Sequence record: MK327947.1
DNA length: 64,000 nucleotides
From: Escherichia phage vB_EcoM_G5211
Direction: 5' to 3' (one strand)
Shown here: piece after piece, positions 8,389 through 18,595 of the stretch
Layout of the letters: every line of letters starts with the position of its first letter
How positions within the stretch are numbered: the stretch's first letter is position 1
Program-made: the position numbers and the translations under genes
Notes under the pieces: generated by a model
The model's database searches: none
Seen by the model: the letters and a program-made list of their open reading frames with translations, nothing else
Told to the model about the DNA's origin: nothing

Positions 8389-9891
8389 ATGCAAGATATT
8401 CATGTGCATTTTATGAATTATAGTTTTGTTAAAATTGAATGTTCTGATTCAATATCTATGGAATTACGAGACTATTTTTCTTTTGAGATTGAAGGTGCAA
8501 GATTTAATCCTCGTTATCGCTACGGGCAATGGGATGGGCGAATCCGGCTATTTACCTATGAAAACACTCTTCCTATCGGACTGATCAAAACTTTGGGTAT
8601 CTTTGCTAAGAATATGAGCTATTCTGTTTGGATTGATCCCCGTCTTCTGGAAAAGGAGAAAATCACTAAAGAAGATATTGATAGTTGGATCGGTTCGTTG
8701 GCGATATATTCTGGCGCTAATAAGATCACCCCTCATTGGTATCAAAGTGAAGCTGTATTTCAGGGTATACATAATCGTCGTAGAATGTTAGTTTTGCCTA
8801 CTTCTGCTGGTAAAAGTTTGATTGCTTGTTTATTATCTCGATGGTATCTGGAAAACTACGAGGGAAAGGTACTAATCATCGTTCCAACTACTTCTCTTGT
8901 TCTCCAGATGCGTGATGACTTTATTGATTATAGGCTATTCCCTTTTGAGGCTATCCATACAATGATGAGTGGTAGCCAAAAACATCCAGGGGAACGATTG
9001 ATAACTGTTTCAACTTGGCAATCTGCGTGTAAGATGCCTAAAGAGTGGTTCCAGCAATACGGAATGGTTATTGTCGATGAATGTCACAAAGCAACCGCCA
9101 AAAACCTTCAAAATATTGTAAATGATATGACTCATTGCCAATTTAAGATTGGTATGACTGGTTCACCTCGTGACGGTAAGTGTAATGCTTTACAATATGT
9201 TGGATTATTTGGCGATATATCTAGGATCGTAAGTATTGATCGTCTTATGGATGAAGGACAAGTTACAAAACTGAAAATTAACTGTCTATTCCTAAAATAT
9301 ACTGACGATGAATGTACGTCGATTAAGGGGAAAGAATACGCGGAAGAGATCAAATATATAACTTCACACGGTAGACGGAATAAGTTTGTGTGTAATTTGG
9401 CACTAAAACTAGCTAAGAAGGGCGAAAACGTATTCCTGATGTTCCGCAATACTAAGCACGGAAAACTTATGTATGACGCGTTACAGAAGGTACACGACAA
9501 GGTTTATTATATTGACGGTGGAGTTAAGACAGAAGAACGTGATGAATTTAAGAAATTAGCGGAAGGGGAAACAGGGATCATTTGTGTTGCTTCCTATGGT
9601 GTTTTCTCTACTGGTGTTTCAATTAAGAATTTGCACCATGTTATTTTCGGTCATCCCGTGAAGGAATCAACTATCGTTCGTCAGAGTATCGGTCGTGCAT
9701 TGCGTAAACATGGTTCTAAGGATATTGCAACGGTCTGGGATCTTATAGATCATCTGGCGGTGAAGACAAAGAGCAATAATGCTAAGAAACAGTTTAGCCA
9801 CCTTAATTATGCTCTTAAACATGCGCTTGAAAGAATAAAAATTTACAACACCGATCGATTCGAATATGTCACGAAAACAATCGAGATTTAA
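8389..9891 (+). CDS. uvsW: UvsW helicase
   Basis: From the internal ATG (MQDIHVHF..) the sequence parallels T4 UvsW with helicase motifs (LPTSAGKS, DECH); AGGTGA RBS. Confidence 0.9.
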   Translation: MQDIHVHFMNYSFVKIECSDSISMELRDYFSFEIEGARFNPRYRYGQWDGRIRLFTYENTLPIGLIKTLGIFAKNMSYSVWIDPRLLEKEKITKEDIDSWIGSLAIYSGANKITPHWYQSEAVFQGIHNRRRMLVLPTSAGKSLIACLLSRWYLENYEGKVLIIVPTTSLVLQMRDDFIDYRLFPFEAIHTMMSGSQKHPGERLITVSTWQSACKMPKEWFQQYGMVIVDECHKATAKNLQNIVNDMTHCQFKIGMTGSPRDGKCNALQYVGLFGDISRIVSIDRLMDEGQVTKLKINCLFLKYTDDECTSIKGKEYAEEIKYITSHGRRNKFVCNLALKLAKKGENVFLMFRNTKHGKLMYDALQKVHDKVYYIDGGVKTEERDEFKKLAEGETGIICVASYGVFSTGVSIKNLHHVIFGHPVKESTIVRQSIGRALRKHGSKDIATVWDLIDHLAVKTKSNNAKKQFSHLNYALKHALERIKIYNTDRFEYVTKTIEI

Positions 9892-9896
9892 TAAAT

Positions 9897-9920
9897 AGGG
9901 GCTTTAATGCCCCTTTATTC
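9897..9920 (+). terminator. intrinsic terminator after uvsW
   Basis: AGGGGC-tttaat-GCCCCT followed by TTATTCT. Confidence 0.55.
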
Positions 9921-9934
9921 TACGGAGATTAAAA

Positions 9935-10171
9935 ATGATTAGCTTTAAACGTTTTTTGGTTGAGGCCGCTATTGACGGTTTCATGCGTAAGATTTATTCT
10001 TGTAATACTATCGAGGGATTAAATGAACTTGAGGCATATTATGAGAAGCGCAAGAAAGAAACAGAATTGAAACCTGCTGATGATATTTCGATCCGTGATG
10101 CCATCGCTGGACGCCGTAAGCAATTGGAAGCGGACAACGAGCCAGAAGAGGAGCCGGAAGAGGATTTTTAA
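9935..10171 (+). CDS. uvsW.1: UvsW.1-like small acidic protein
   Basis: 78-aa ORF directly after uvsW with GGAG RBS and acidic C-terminus. Confidence 0.7.
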   Translation: MISFKRFLVEAAIDGFMRKIYSCNTIEGLNELEAYYEKRKKETELKPADDISIRDAIAGRRKQLEADNEPEEEPEEDF

Positions 10172-10174
10172 GAT

Positions 10175-10201
10175 ATAAAAAAGCCCCATCAATGATGGGG
10201 C
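10175..10201 (-). terminator. intrinsic terminator on the - strand
   Basis: Hairpin GCCCCATC-aat-GATGGGGC followed by a U-run on the - strand. Confidence 0.55.
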
Positions 10202-10234
10202 AAAATAAACCAATTAAAATCGGTTATCAACAAA

Positions 10235-10411
10235 TTACATTAACAGCATTGTTTGCTCTACGAGTTGTTCTTGTTCTTCGCCGTTCGCATCTTCACTAAT
10301 CGAACGTTCTGTTACTAGCTGTAAGCAGTAGCCAGTGTGAACAACGCCGTTTTCTGTCTGGACGGATAACGCATCCTCGACAGGTTGTTTACAACAAATA
10401 CAGATTTTCAT
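10235..10411 (-). CDS. small Cys-rich protein (58 aa), not in the ORF track
   Basis: ATG preceded by AGGAGG; translation MKICICCKQPVEDALSVQTENGVVHTGYCLQ... Confidence 0.55.
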   Translation of the reverse strand: MKICICCKQPVEDALSVQTENGVVHTGYCLQLVTERSISEDANGEEQEQLVEQTMLLM

Positions 10412-10432
10412 AAAAATTCCTCCTGCATGTAT

Positions 10433-10840
10433 TTAGCGACCAGATTCCAGCATACGCAATTCTATAGCATTCTTGATCGCAAATCCACGAGATTTAACGA
10501 TATCAAGTGCGCGACCAGCGAAATCCATTACCATCTGGTAATATGCAATTTTCGTATCAAGCGGTAAGATCTCGTCGTCTGCTGCCATGACAACTTTCAA
10601 TTCTGATTTCTCATATTCAGCACGACACCAGTCATCACTACGGTTAGTGTAAAAGTCAAGACGATTTTTCATAGCCTTTTTCTTTTTAGCCTCAAGAGCA
10701 ATCGTCTCTCTTTTCGCCTCGCTGTAAATCCTTAACCACTTTGAGTATACTACCGGATTATTCAGCGCCTCCCATTGCAACTTAGTCGCATCGATCTTCA
10801 TGTCAGCTTCTAATTGTTCTTTCAAATCGTTTAGGTCCAT
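10433..10840 (-). CDS. uvsY: UvsY recombination mediator
   Basis: 135 aa; parallels T4 UvsY (..KSRGFAIK.. C-terminal motif). Confidence 0.9.
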   Translation of the reverse strand: MDLNDLKEQLEADMKIDATKLQWEALNNPVVYSKWLRIYSEAKRETIALEAKKKKAMKNRLDFYTNRSDDWCRAEYEKSELKVVMAADDEILPLDTKIAYYQMVMDFAGRALDIVKSRGFAIKNAIELRMLESGR

Positions 10841-10869
10841 AATATCCCCTTATTCACACTAAGACCTAT

Positions 10870-10898
10870 ATCATATCACACACAAAATCACTTTGCAA
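10870..10898 (-). promoter_or_regulatory. putative sigma70-like promoter TTGCAA-17-TATGAT upstream of uvsY
   Basis: Hexamers with 17-bp spacer on the - strand; overlaps the 3' end of gene 25. Confidence 0.3.
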
Positions 10899-11274
10899 GT
10901 CTTATGCGTAGTTGTTCAAGATCATCTGGGTTATCTATTACTGAAAAGTAGATTGATACTATGATTGAGTTATCGTCGTACTGCGGGGTTACTTCTACTG
11001 TCAGGTTTCGGACCCGTGGTTCATAGTTTCGGATCGCCTCATTGATGTTTTTTGATAAGGTATCCACTGTCAGTGGGTTCATGTTCTCAAACAGTGATTT
11101 ATTGAGATCGCATCCAAACAGTGGATCAAATGGACGAGATCCCTTGCGAGTAGTCACGATCAGTAGAATAGAATCCTTAACCGCTTTAATCCCTATGTTC
11201 TTTTTAACGTCGTTATTCCACGATCTGGATATATTGAGATCCAAATCAGTATACATCTGATTAATAGTTGCCAT
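10888..11274 (-). CDS. 25: baseplate wedge subunit gp25
   Basis: From the internal ATG (MATINQMYTD..); TRKGSRPFDP.FGCDL and VIDNPDD motifs as in T4 gp25; the track ORF begins at an upstream TTG. Confidence 0.9.
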   Translation of the reverse strand: MATINQMYTDLDLNISRSWNNDVKKNIGIKAVKDSILLIVTTRKGSRPFDPLFGCDLNKSLFENMNPLTVDTLSKNINEAIRNYEPRVRNLTVEVTPQYDDNSIIVSIYFSVIDNPDDLEQLRIRLAK

Positions 11275-11282
11275 GTTATACC

Positions 11283-11912
11283 TCAAAGAATTTTAAGGAA
11301 ACTGGATAGACCTGATAATGAATATACACCAGATTCCCCGCATTCGCACTTGATCGGTACTGCCAGTGTGATTTGATTTCTTGTTAGCTCGTCGATCACT
11401 TCTTCCACTTTATCCGTGGTAAGCATATCCAGCACGCGGTCAAAGTCCTGTGCGTTCAGGTCGTCTATATTGAATTGCTGATCGCCTATCACGATATATT
11501 CGATACATGCAATTACCATCTGCATAATATCAACATCTTCTGTAAACTTAGGTTGACGAAATTTGATTTTTACTTGCCCTAAGTCCAGAATATACGGTTC
11601 AACTTCTGGTATCTGTGTGCGTGAAACATCAAGAGAGTATACTTTCTCTTTATTGCATACACCACACACCCAAGTAGCATCAATTTTCATCTTATTGAGG
11701 CTGTGACACCATAAGAGAAGAAAAATATATTCTGCTTCGCATTTCTCTAGCTCTAATGCATTGATCCCCGTACATTCATGTATGATCTCTATAACAACCT
11801 CTGACAGCTTGCCAGTCTCTTTTGCTGCTACCAGTTTTTGAAATTCGCCGAAGGTGAAAGCACGGGCGTGTATCAACTTTTCGCCTAATTGGATCTTGAA
11901 AAAGTATTGCAT
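11283..11912 (-). CDS. 26: baseplate hub subunit gp26
   Basis: 209 aa at the T4 gene 26 position, between 25 and 51. Confidence 0.85.
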   Translation of the reverse strand: MQYFFKIQLGEKLIHARAFTFGEFQKLVAAKETGKLSEVVIEIIHECTGINALELEKCEAEYIFLLLWCHSLNKMKIDATWVCGVCNKEKVYSLDVSRTQIPEVEPYILDLGQVKIKFRQPKFTEDVDIMQMVIACIEYIVIGDQQFNIDDLNAQDFDRVLDMLTTDKVEEVIDELTRNQITLAVPIKCECGESGVYSLSGLSSFLKIL

Positions 11913-11954
11913 AATAAAACACCCTTTATAAACACATAGAATTATTTAGTATTT

Positions 11955-11962
11955 TATAAATA
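11955..11962 (+). promoter_or_regulatory. late promoter TATAAATA upstream of gene 51
   Basis: Exact octamer ~20 nt upstream of the gene 51 RBS. Confidence 0.55.
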
Positions 11963-11982
11963 CCCGAAAGGGGGATTATACC

Positions 11983-12753
11983 ATGAATATTATCAGAATA
12001 AAACTACCGGAAGGTGTGCAGAGATTTAAACCATTCACGGTAAAAGATTATAGAGATTTCCTTCTGGTGTCAACTGAAATTAAGATGAATCCAGAAGAAG
12101 AACAAACGATTCTTGATGAGCTATTAGAAGAAATATATCCAGACGTAGATCCGGCATTTCGTGAATATATTTTCCTGAATGTCTTTACTAGTTCAATTGG
12201 TAAAACTAAAATACCTCTTTGTTTTACTTGCCCGACTTGCAACAAAGAAAGAAAAATGTTGCTTAACTTACAGGTTGAAGCACTAAAACCAATCGTTCTA
12301 GAGGCCGCAGGGCTTAAAATAACTTTCCGGTATGTTAAACCATCAACCGACTATGCAAAAACGTTTCTGGATGCGATAGAGCGTGTATCTGATGGTATTA
12401 ATGATTATCTATGGACTGAATTACCGGAAGAAGTTAGAGAACAGGTTATCGATTCAATCTCATTTGCTGAATTTGAAGAAGTTGTTAAGCAGATGCACAC
12501 AATCAAGATCGAACAAAAGATATCTTGTTGTGAAAGTCATGACCTGAAATACATAGGTCTTCTTCCATTATTCAAATTGTTGTTGAATCCAGATGAGTTA
12601 TTCATCTTTTATCGAATAAACCATCTATTGGCAAAATCAAATTATTCTATCAGTGATCTTATGGATATGTTACCGGTCGAGAGAAACATTGCACTGACAC
12701 TGGTCGAGAAAGACGTAAAAGAGGCAAATAATGCAAAGAACGGGGTTTCCTAA
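11983..12753 (+). CDS. 51: baseplate hub assembly catalyst gp51
   Basis: 256 aa, CxxC pairs, at the T4 gene 51 position. Confidence 0.8.
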   Translation: MNIIRIKLPEGVQRFKPFTVKDYRDFLLVSTEIKMNPEEEQTILDELLEEIYPDVDPAFREYIFLNVFTSSIGKTKIPLCFTCPTCNKERKMLLNLQVEALKPIVLEAAGLKITFRYVKPSTDYAKTFLDAIERVSDGINDYLWTELPEEVREQVIDSISFAEFEEVVKQMHTIKIEQKISCCESHDLKYIGLLPLFKLLLNPDELFIFYRINHLLAKSNYSISDLMDMLPVERNIALTLVEKDVKEANNAKNGVS

Positions 12754-13840
12754 TGTCTCAATAAAACTTTATCAGGATTATGAGGCATTTCTAAATCATC
12801 GCTTTATAGAATTGGGTGCTACCTTTGTTACAATGACTCTGCGTGATTCGATTCGTGGGGTGAACGAAGGATTGTTGCAATTCTATGATAATAAGGCGAT
12901 GCATACAAAATTAAACGGGAGAGAGATCATTCAGATTTCGCTATCAACTGCTAATACAGATGAAGTGTTTAACCGAATCTATGGGATCTCTCATAGTAAT
13001 GTAACAATTGACCAAAAATCCGACAACATTTTAACATTCCAGTTAAAGAGCTATCACGAAACACTAAACCTTAAATTTTCCCGCTCATTGACAAATAACG
13101 CTGTTAATAACGTAACTAGCATGATTGATGCCATCTATAAGGAAGTTCCTTTATGGAAACCTACTATAAAGGGTGATAACGTTGTTATTCCTCGTTGTCC
13201 GTGGGTTAGTACCATAAATGACTATATGGATTTTGTGAGGGCATACGGGCAAAGCGTAGAAACAGAGTCTTTCGTGTATTGCTGGGAAGATTTTGATGGT
13301 ATAACGATCGCTGGACACGATACAATATTAAAAAATGAGCCAATACCAGCTATAATCTGTGAGCCTAGACTCATGGGGCAATTTATTGATATGTCGCCTA
13401 ATCTGATGGTTTTTAATTTCGAGTGGAAGACTAAGAGCAATGCTAAAGTTAAAAATTCATTTAGCAATGTGACATACACAACTATTGATTTTGTTACTAA
13501 GCAGTATAATAAAATTATTGTTGGTAATGGGGATAATATTGCACACTTTGCTCATGGTGGCGCTTATGGCGATTTAACTTATAAGAATGCGTTTTTGGAA
13601 GGTTCTAAACTTGCCACAATAGAACAATATGATTCATATGCTACCGCCGTGTGTCACGGTAATTTTTCGTTGCGCCCCGGTATGGTTATTCGATTCTTTG
13701 ATGAGAAGCAACAAGCACGCAATGATTTTATTGTTGACGAAGTGGTGCATGAAATTAGCCGAGAGCAATCATTAACTCACCTGTATATGATCGGTAACAG
13801 CGAAGAATTACAGGAAGTCAAATTTGAAGGTAAGATATAA
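12731..13840 (+). CDS. 27: baseplate hub subunit gp27
   Basis: 369 aa; N-terminus MQRTGFPNVSIKLYQDY.. parallels T4 gp27. Confidence 0.9.
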   Translation: MQRTGFPNVSIKLYQDYEAFLNHRFIELGATFVTMTLRDSIRGVNEGLLQFYDNKAMHTKLNGREIIQISLSTANTDEVFNRIYGISHSNVTIDQKSDNILTFQLKSYHETLNLKFSRSLTNNAVNNVTSMIDAIYKEVPLWKPTIKGDNVVIPRCPWVSTINDYMDFVRAYGQSVETESFVYCWEDFDGITIAGHDTILKNEPIPAIICEPRLMGQFIDMSPNLMVFNFEWKTKSNAKVKNSFSNVTYTTIDFVTKQYNKIIVGNGDNIAHFAHGGAYGDLTYKNAFLEGSKLATIEQYDSYATAVCHGNFSLRPGMVIRFFDEKQQARNDFIVDEVVHEISREQSLTHLYMIGNSEELQEVKFEGKI

Positions 13841-14358
13841 TGACAGAAACTAAACCTATGTTAAAATTTGTTGTTCCTGTAAAAAAATTAGAGATAAACG
13901 GGAAACATATCAAGATCCCAAAAATGGGGATTAAGCAACATCGATTATTAAAAGATGTTCGTAGCTGTGATGAAACATTAAAGATTCTTCTTGATTCAAT
14001 CTGTCCTGGGTTAAACGCTGCCGAGTCTGAATTGGTTATGCTTAACCTTTGTGCGTTTAATGGTAAGTGTCTGGAAGAAAAAGATGGTCTTAAGCTGTCT
14101 GATGTGTATATTTGTACAGAGACTGAATTTACTTTAAATGGTAAAGTCTTTAAATTTAAAAATCCAATGTACACTTCTGACCCCATTATCGATGACGCTG
14201 ATTTCTTGAGTCATCATTATCACGATCCTAGTGTAGACTTCCATGATTTCCCAGCTTTTATTATGGATTGGGCTACAGGATTAAGAAAAACTATTGCGCT
14301 GGATACACCGGAAGGTACTATCTATGGTGGAATTAACATATTGGATCGCCTATCATGA
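13840..14358 (+). CDS. 28: baseplate hub distal subunit gp28
   Basis: 172 aa; start overlaps gp27 stop (TAATG). Confidence 0.8.
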   Translation: MTETKPMLKFVVPVKKLEINGKHIKIPKMGIKQHRLLKDVRSCDETLKILLDSICPGLNAAESELVMLNLCAFNGKCLEEKDGLKLSDVYICTETEFTLNGKVFKFKNPMYTSDPIIDDADFLSHHYHDPSVDFHDFPAFIMDWATGLRKTIALDTPEGTIYGGINILDRLS

Positions 14359-16088
14359 ATGACGCATTAACATCATTTCGCGGGATGCGCAAGGAAGCGG
14401 AAGAAAACCCGATTGATAAACTTAACAAATTAGATAAACTTGATTCTATTGATAATTTGCAAGCCGCTACCGAATTGGTGGCAGAGACAGTAGAACAAAA
14501 ATCTAATGAAGTTGTTGGTGCGGTAGAGGATAACACCGCAGCCAATGAATTGACGGCAGAAAATACACAATCTACCGCTGGCAATACCCAAAAAACTTAT
14601 GAAGAATTGCAAAAACTCAATAATTTCTCTTCTCAGATGAATGAGAAATTACGTGGTTTTGGTGTTATGATGGAACGTAGATTTGGTGTTGTCAGTAAAA
14701 TGGCTAGCGGTATTGGTGCGATTGAAGAAGCACTGAAAAAACCGGAACAACCGCAAACAATGCCATCACCTCAGCCAGTTTTGCCTACTGTACCGGAACA
14801 GCCTAATAATGACAACTATCAAGGTCTTCCAAAGAAAAAACCGGATGTTGAGGAACGGAAGAAAAAGAACGCCGCAGATAAGCGCAATGCAGATTCTATG
14901 GAAAATCTTCTTAAAGTTGTTCGTGGAGGATTTAAAGAAACCATAGGTATCTCTAATAAGGTCTTAGGGATGTTATTTAAGATCACCTTGACCGCTATGG
15001 CAGAAGCCGCAAAATGGGGCGCTATTTTGATGGGTATTGTTTTTGCCATTGATACCCTTATGATTCATTTCAGATATTGGAGTGATTTATTCGAAACAAA
15101 ATTTGATGAATTTATGGATAAAGCCGGAGAATGGGCTGGACCAATTAGTGATATTCTAACAACTATTCGTCAAGTTCGAGATTATTGGTCTAAAGGCGAA
15201 TATGGAGAGTTAATTAAATCTCTTGTTATGGGTATTGGTGATGCATTCTATAAAACCTTTATCCAACTTGATCGAATTATCACTACTGGTATTGCTAAAA
15301 TTCTTCGCATGATCCCTGGTATGGGTGATTATGCCGATAAGTTAGAATATGGTGCTTTAAAATCTGCTGTCGCTCAAGGCTATACGCCAAATGAAAGAGA
15401 ACTCGAATTAATGGATAAGGTCGAGTCTGAACACGAAGAGGACAAATACGGGGAGCGTACTGGTTGGACCGGAAAAGCCCGTGATATTGGTGAGGCTATC
15501 GGTGACTCCATTAAAGATAAAGTTAACGAGGGTCTTGTTAGTCTGGGTTGGAGAGATCAAAAGGATGTTGACGCAGAGAAACGACAAGAAGAATTAAAAC
15601 GCGGGGAATATAAGTCTGTTTCTGCTGAACAACGATCTGCTAGTCGTAAACTTAGAATTAAAAGCGAGGGCGCGATCAATAATATTAATGAAGTTATGGA
15701 GAATTTGAGCGGTGACTATGACAAAGAAAGAATGGAAGAGTTGAAAAAGGATATTGATGTTTACCGTGAGCAAGTTCAAGATCCTACATTAGTTGAAAGT
15801 GATCGTTCTCAGTTAGAGCGTCTTATTGAAAAATTTGATGAGATGTATGCTGATAAAACTAAGGGTGCGGTTCCAACTAATCCTGTTCCTGCAACTGAAA
15901 CGGAAACAGCAAAACAAGCGGAACGTACTGAACAAATGCAGAAACAAGCTGCAATCCAGCAACAAACGACAAATCAGACCTCAAACGTAAATAATACACA
16001 AATTGTAACAAACAATAGAACTATTAAACAGGGTGCACCAACAACTAGAATTGATGCCCCCGGTACAATTAATATGGGGAACTTTTAA
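14355..16088 (+). CDS. 29: baseplate hub / tail length determinator gp29
   Basis: 577 aa; start overlaps gp28 stop (ATGA); position and size as T4 gp29. Confidence 0.85.
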   Translation: MNDALTSFRGMRKEAEENPIDKLNKLDKLDSIDNLQAATELVAETVEQKSNEVVGAVEDNTAANELTAENTQSTAGNTQKTYEELQKLNNFSSQMNEKLRGFGVMMERRFGVVSKMASGIGAIEEALKKPEQPQTMPSPQPVLPTVPEQPNNDNYQGLPKKKPDVEERKKKNAADKRNADSMENLLKVVRGGFKETIGISNKVLGMLFKITLTAMAEAAKWGAILMGIVFAIDTLMIHFRYWSDLFETKFDEFMDKAGEWAGPISDILTTIRQVRDYWSKGEYGELIKSLVMGIGDAFYKTFIQLDRIITTGIAKILRMIPGMGDYADKLEYGALKSAVAQGYTPNERELELMDKVESEHEEDKYGERTGWTGKARDIGEAIGDSIKDKVNEGLVSLGWRDQKDVDAEKRQEELKRGEYKSVSAEQRSASRKLRIKSEGAINNINEVMENLSGDYDKERMEELKKDIDVYREQVQDPTLVESDRSQLERLIEKFDEMYADKTKGAVPTNPVPATETETAKQAERTEQMQKQAAIQQQTTNQTSNVNNTQIVTNNRTIKQGAPTTRIDAPGTINMGNF

Positions 16089-17146
16089 TGAAAATTAGTG
16101 TTATCAATGATGCCGTTGATAGCTTTAAAGCGGGGGTTAAAACCTCCGCTGGTTTTACCTCAAAAAATAAAGGGAAAACATTAACCGCTCAATTCCCCGC
16201 TGAACGTGCTAGCGGTAATGATGCTAGCGGTTATTATATCAACGACTTATATAATAATGGTCTGTTATTCACTGCATACGATTATACATCTCGTACTACC
16301 GGATCGTTGCGTGATTTCAGGAAAAAGAAAAATGTTGCTAGCGGTTTTGGTGGTAGCGTTAATATCGCTGGTTTTGATTTAAATTTGGGTGGGAGAAATG
16401 CTGCATTTGACCGAGAGGCAATTGCTAATATTCTTCTTCCTCGTAGTCAATCTGACGTTGACGCTGCTAGCCATAAGTTTAATGATGTTGGTGAATCTGT
16501 CATTTCTCGCGGCGGTGGTACTTTAGGCGGTGCTCTTTCTAATATGGCATCTACTGCCGTTTTTGGTGGTATCGAAAGTATTACTGGTGGATACCTTGCC
16601 GACCACGGTGAACAGATTTATAATACTGCGCGAAGCATGTATGCGGGTGCTGACGCACGAACTAAAAACTACGTATGGCATTTAACCCCACGTAGTATTG
16701 AAGACCTTCGCAATATTCTGATCATATACGAAACGTTTTTAGAATTGTCTTATGGATCTAGTGGTATTTCCAGCACCGCAAAAGAATTAAAAGCGGAAGT
16801 TGATGCGTGGTATAAAAATACACTATTGAGAAAATCCACCCCAGAGGAAGCGAAGAGAAATGATACTCTGTTTGAAGGGATCACCGATTTTCTATCAAAC
16901 GCAATTACTGTATCTAACCCGACAATATGGATGATCTCTAACTTCGGTAAGCGTACATCGTTTGAAGGGCGTAGCGATGCATTTGGTCCCGCTCAGATCT
17001 CAAGTGTACGTCTGGACAAGTCGCCTGATGGTAAGTTTAATGGTCTTGCTATTTCTCCTAACTTGCCTAGTACATTTGTTCTGGAAGTATCATTTAGAGA
17101 GATCTTGACACTTTCCCGTGGTACTATATTTGGGAGTGCGGCATAA
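16088..17146 (+). CDS. 48: baseplate tail-tube junction protein gp48
   Basis: 352 aa, translationally coupled to gp29. Confidence 0.85.
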   Translation: MKISVINDAVDSFKAGVKTSAGFTSKNKGKTLTAQFPAERASGNDASGYYINDLYNNGLLFTAYDYTSRTTGSLRDFRKKKNVASGFGGSVNIAGFDLNLGGRNAAFDREAIANILLPRSQSDVDAASHKFNDVGESVISRGGGTLGGALSNMASTAVFGGIESITGGYLADHGEQIYNTARSMYAGADARTKNYVWHLTPRSIEDLRNILIIYETFLELSYGSSGISSTAKELKAEVDAWYKNTLLRKSTPEEAKRNDTLFEGITDFLSNAITVSNPTIWMISNFGKRTSFEGRSDAFGPAQISSVRLDKSPDGKFNGLAISPNLPSTFVLEVSFREILTLSRGTIFGSAA

Positions 17147-18078
17147 TGTTTGATTTAAATGACTTTAACGAACAAGCCGCTAACCTTGACTTTCAGCGAT
17201 CTAACTTATTCAGCGTGGCATTTGCCACCACTCCAAGTAATAAGACACAAGCGATCCTAGAAAGTATGGGCGGTGCGGTATATGATATTATACCAAATGC
17301 ATTAAATGACTATTTCGGGATTACTCGTGGTGATTATACTGACGCATTAACAAATCTTGCTGTACAGGGTGTTAGGCGTGCTGTTGATTCATCCGGTGTC
17401 AAAAAGTATCTTTTAGGTGCAATGTCATCCCGCGTAGTTCAATCTCTTCTGGGGCAATTTGATGTTGGTACATATGCGCTTGACTGGTTCAATATGGCAT
17501 ATAAGACAAGCGGTCTTCTGGTGTATGCTGTTAAGGTTCCAGAAAACAGATTGAATTATGAAATGGACCGTAACCACAATGCGCCAAACATTCGAATTAC
17601 CGGACGTGATTTTGATCCGCTTGTATTGAGCTTTAGAATGGACTCTAGCGCATCAAACTATAGAGCAATGCAGGATTGGGTTAACTCAGTAGAAGACCCC
17701 GTGACAGGGCTTCGTGCGCTTCCTGTTGACGTTGAAGCAGATATTCAGGTTAACTTACATAACCGAATGGGAGTTCCTCACACAATCATGATGTTTAATG
17801 GTTGTGTTCCTGTTGGTGTGAGTGCACCGGAATTAACCTATGAAAACAACAACGAAATTACAACATTCGATGTTACTTTTGCGTATAGGACTATGCAAAC
17901 TGGTGCTGTAGGAGAGCAAGCCGCGCGAGAATGGATTGAGGATAAGGCAATAAACGCAATAACAAACACTTTCGGCAATAATTTACTTGATAGTGGGTTA
18001 TCTGCTGCTGGTAATGCTTTATCGCGTCTAAATGGCGTTGGTGGGCGTGTGGTGAATACTGTCACTAACTGGTTCTGA
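17146..18078 (+). CDS. 54: baseplate tail-tube initiator gp54
   Basis: 310 aa, translationally coupled to gp48. Confidence 0.85.
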   Translation: MFDLNDFNEQAANLDFQRSNLFSVAFATTPSNKTQAILESMGGAVYDIIPNALNDYFGITRGDYTDALTNLAVQGVRRAVDSSGVKKYLLGAMSSRVVQSLLGQFDVGTYALDWFNMAYKTSGLLVYAVKVPENRLNYEMDRNHNAPNIRITGRDFDPLVLSFRMDSSASNYRAMQDWVNSVEDPVTGLRALPVDVEADIQVNLHNRMGVPHTIMMFNGCVPVGVSAPELTYENNNEITTFDVTFAYRTMQTGAVGEQAAREWIEDKAINAITNTFGNNLLDSGLSAAGNALSRLNGVGGRVVNTVTNWF

Positions 18079-18087
18079 TAAGCGAAA

Positions 18088-18116
18088 GGCGGGGATTATC
18101 CCCGCCTTTTTATTTT
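18088..18116 (+). terminator. intrinsic terminator after gene 54 (probably bidirectional)
   Basis: GGCGGGG-attat-CCCCGCC followed by TTTTTATTTT. Confidence 0.6.
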
Positions 18117-18595
18117 GCTAAATCATTGCAATATTTTAGTGCCTTAGTTTGAAATTCTGCGCTGTTAAGTTCTTCATAACGGTCATAATCACCGTTTAAT
18201 GCTGCTTTTCTTGCTTCTTGCTCTATCTGCATGTCAGACATGATAATACAGCGATCCCGCGCTTTCATCTTCTCAAGTTGTATAGACTCTTCTTTCTGCT
18301 TGCGCAATTCTTCTTGACGCTTCTTTTCTTCTTGTGCTTTCTCTTCCCGCGCTTCTTTGATTGCATCCTTGAACATCTGCGTTTGTGGTGCTAAACCAAC
18401 TTTAACTCGATCTACGTCTCGACGTTCCATTTTAGAAATAAAGCATGATTCGATCTGATCATCACTTGCATATGCTGCTTTACATTCACGAAGCAAGAAA
18501 ACCGGATCTGATTTAGCATTCATCATAGCTTCCATGTTGGCACAACCAGTAAGCATGAATGCAGCCGCAAGACCAATCAGTTTAATCATTTTCAT
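18110..18595 (-). CDS. predicted lipoprotein (161 aa)
   Basis: N-terminus MKMIKLIGLAAAFMLTGC has a signal peptide and lipobox; start overlaps the upstream stop (ATGA). Confidence 0.65.
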   Translation of the reverse strand: MKMIKLIGLAAAFMLTGCANMEAMMNAKSDPVFLLRECKAAYASDDQIESCFISKMERRDVDRVKVGLAPQTQMFKDAIKEAREEKAQEEKKRQEELRKQKEESIQLEKMKARDRCIIMSDMQIEQEARKAALNGDYDRYEELNSAEFQTKALKYCNDLAK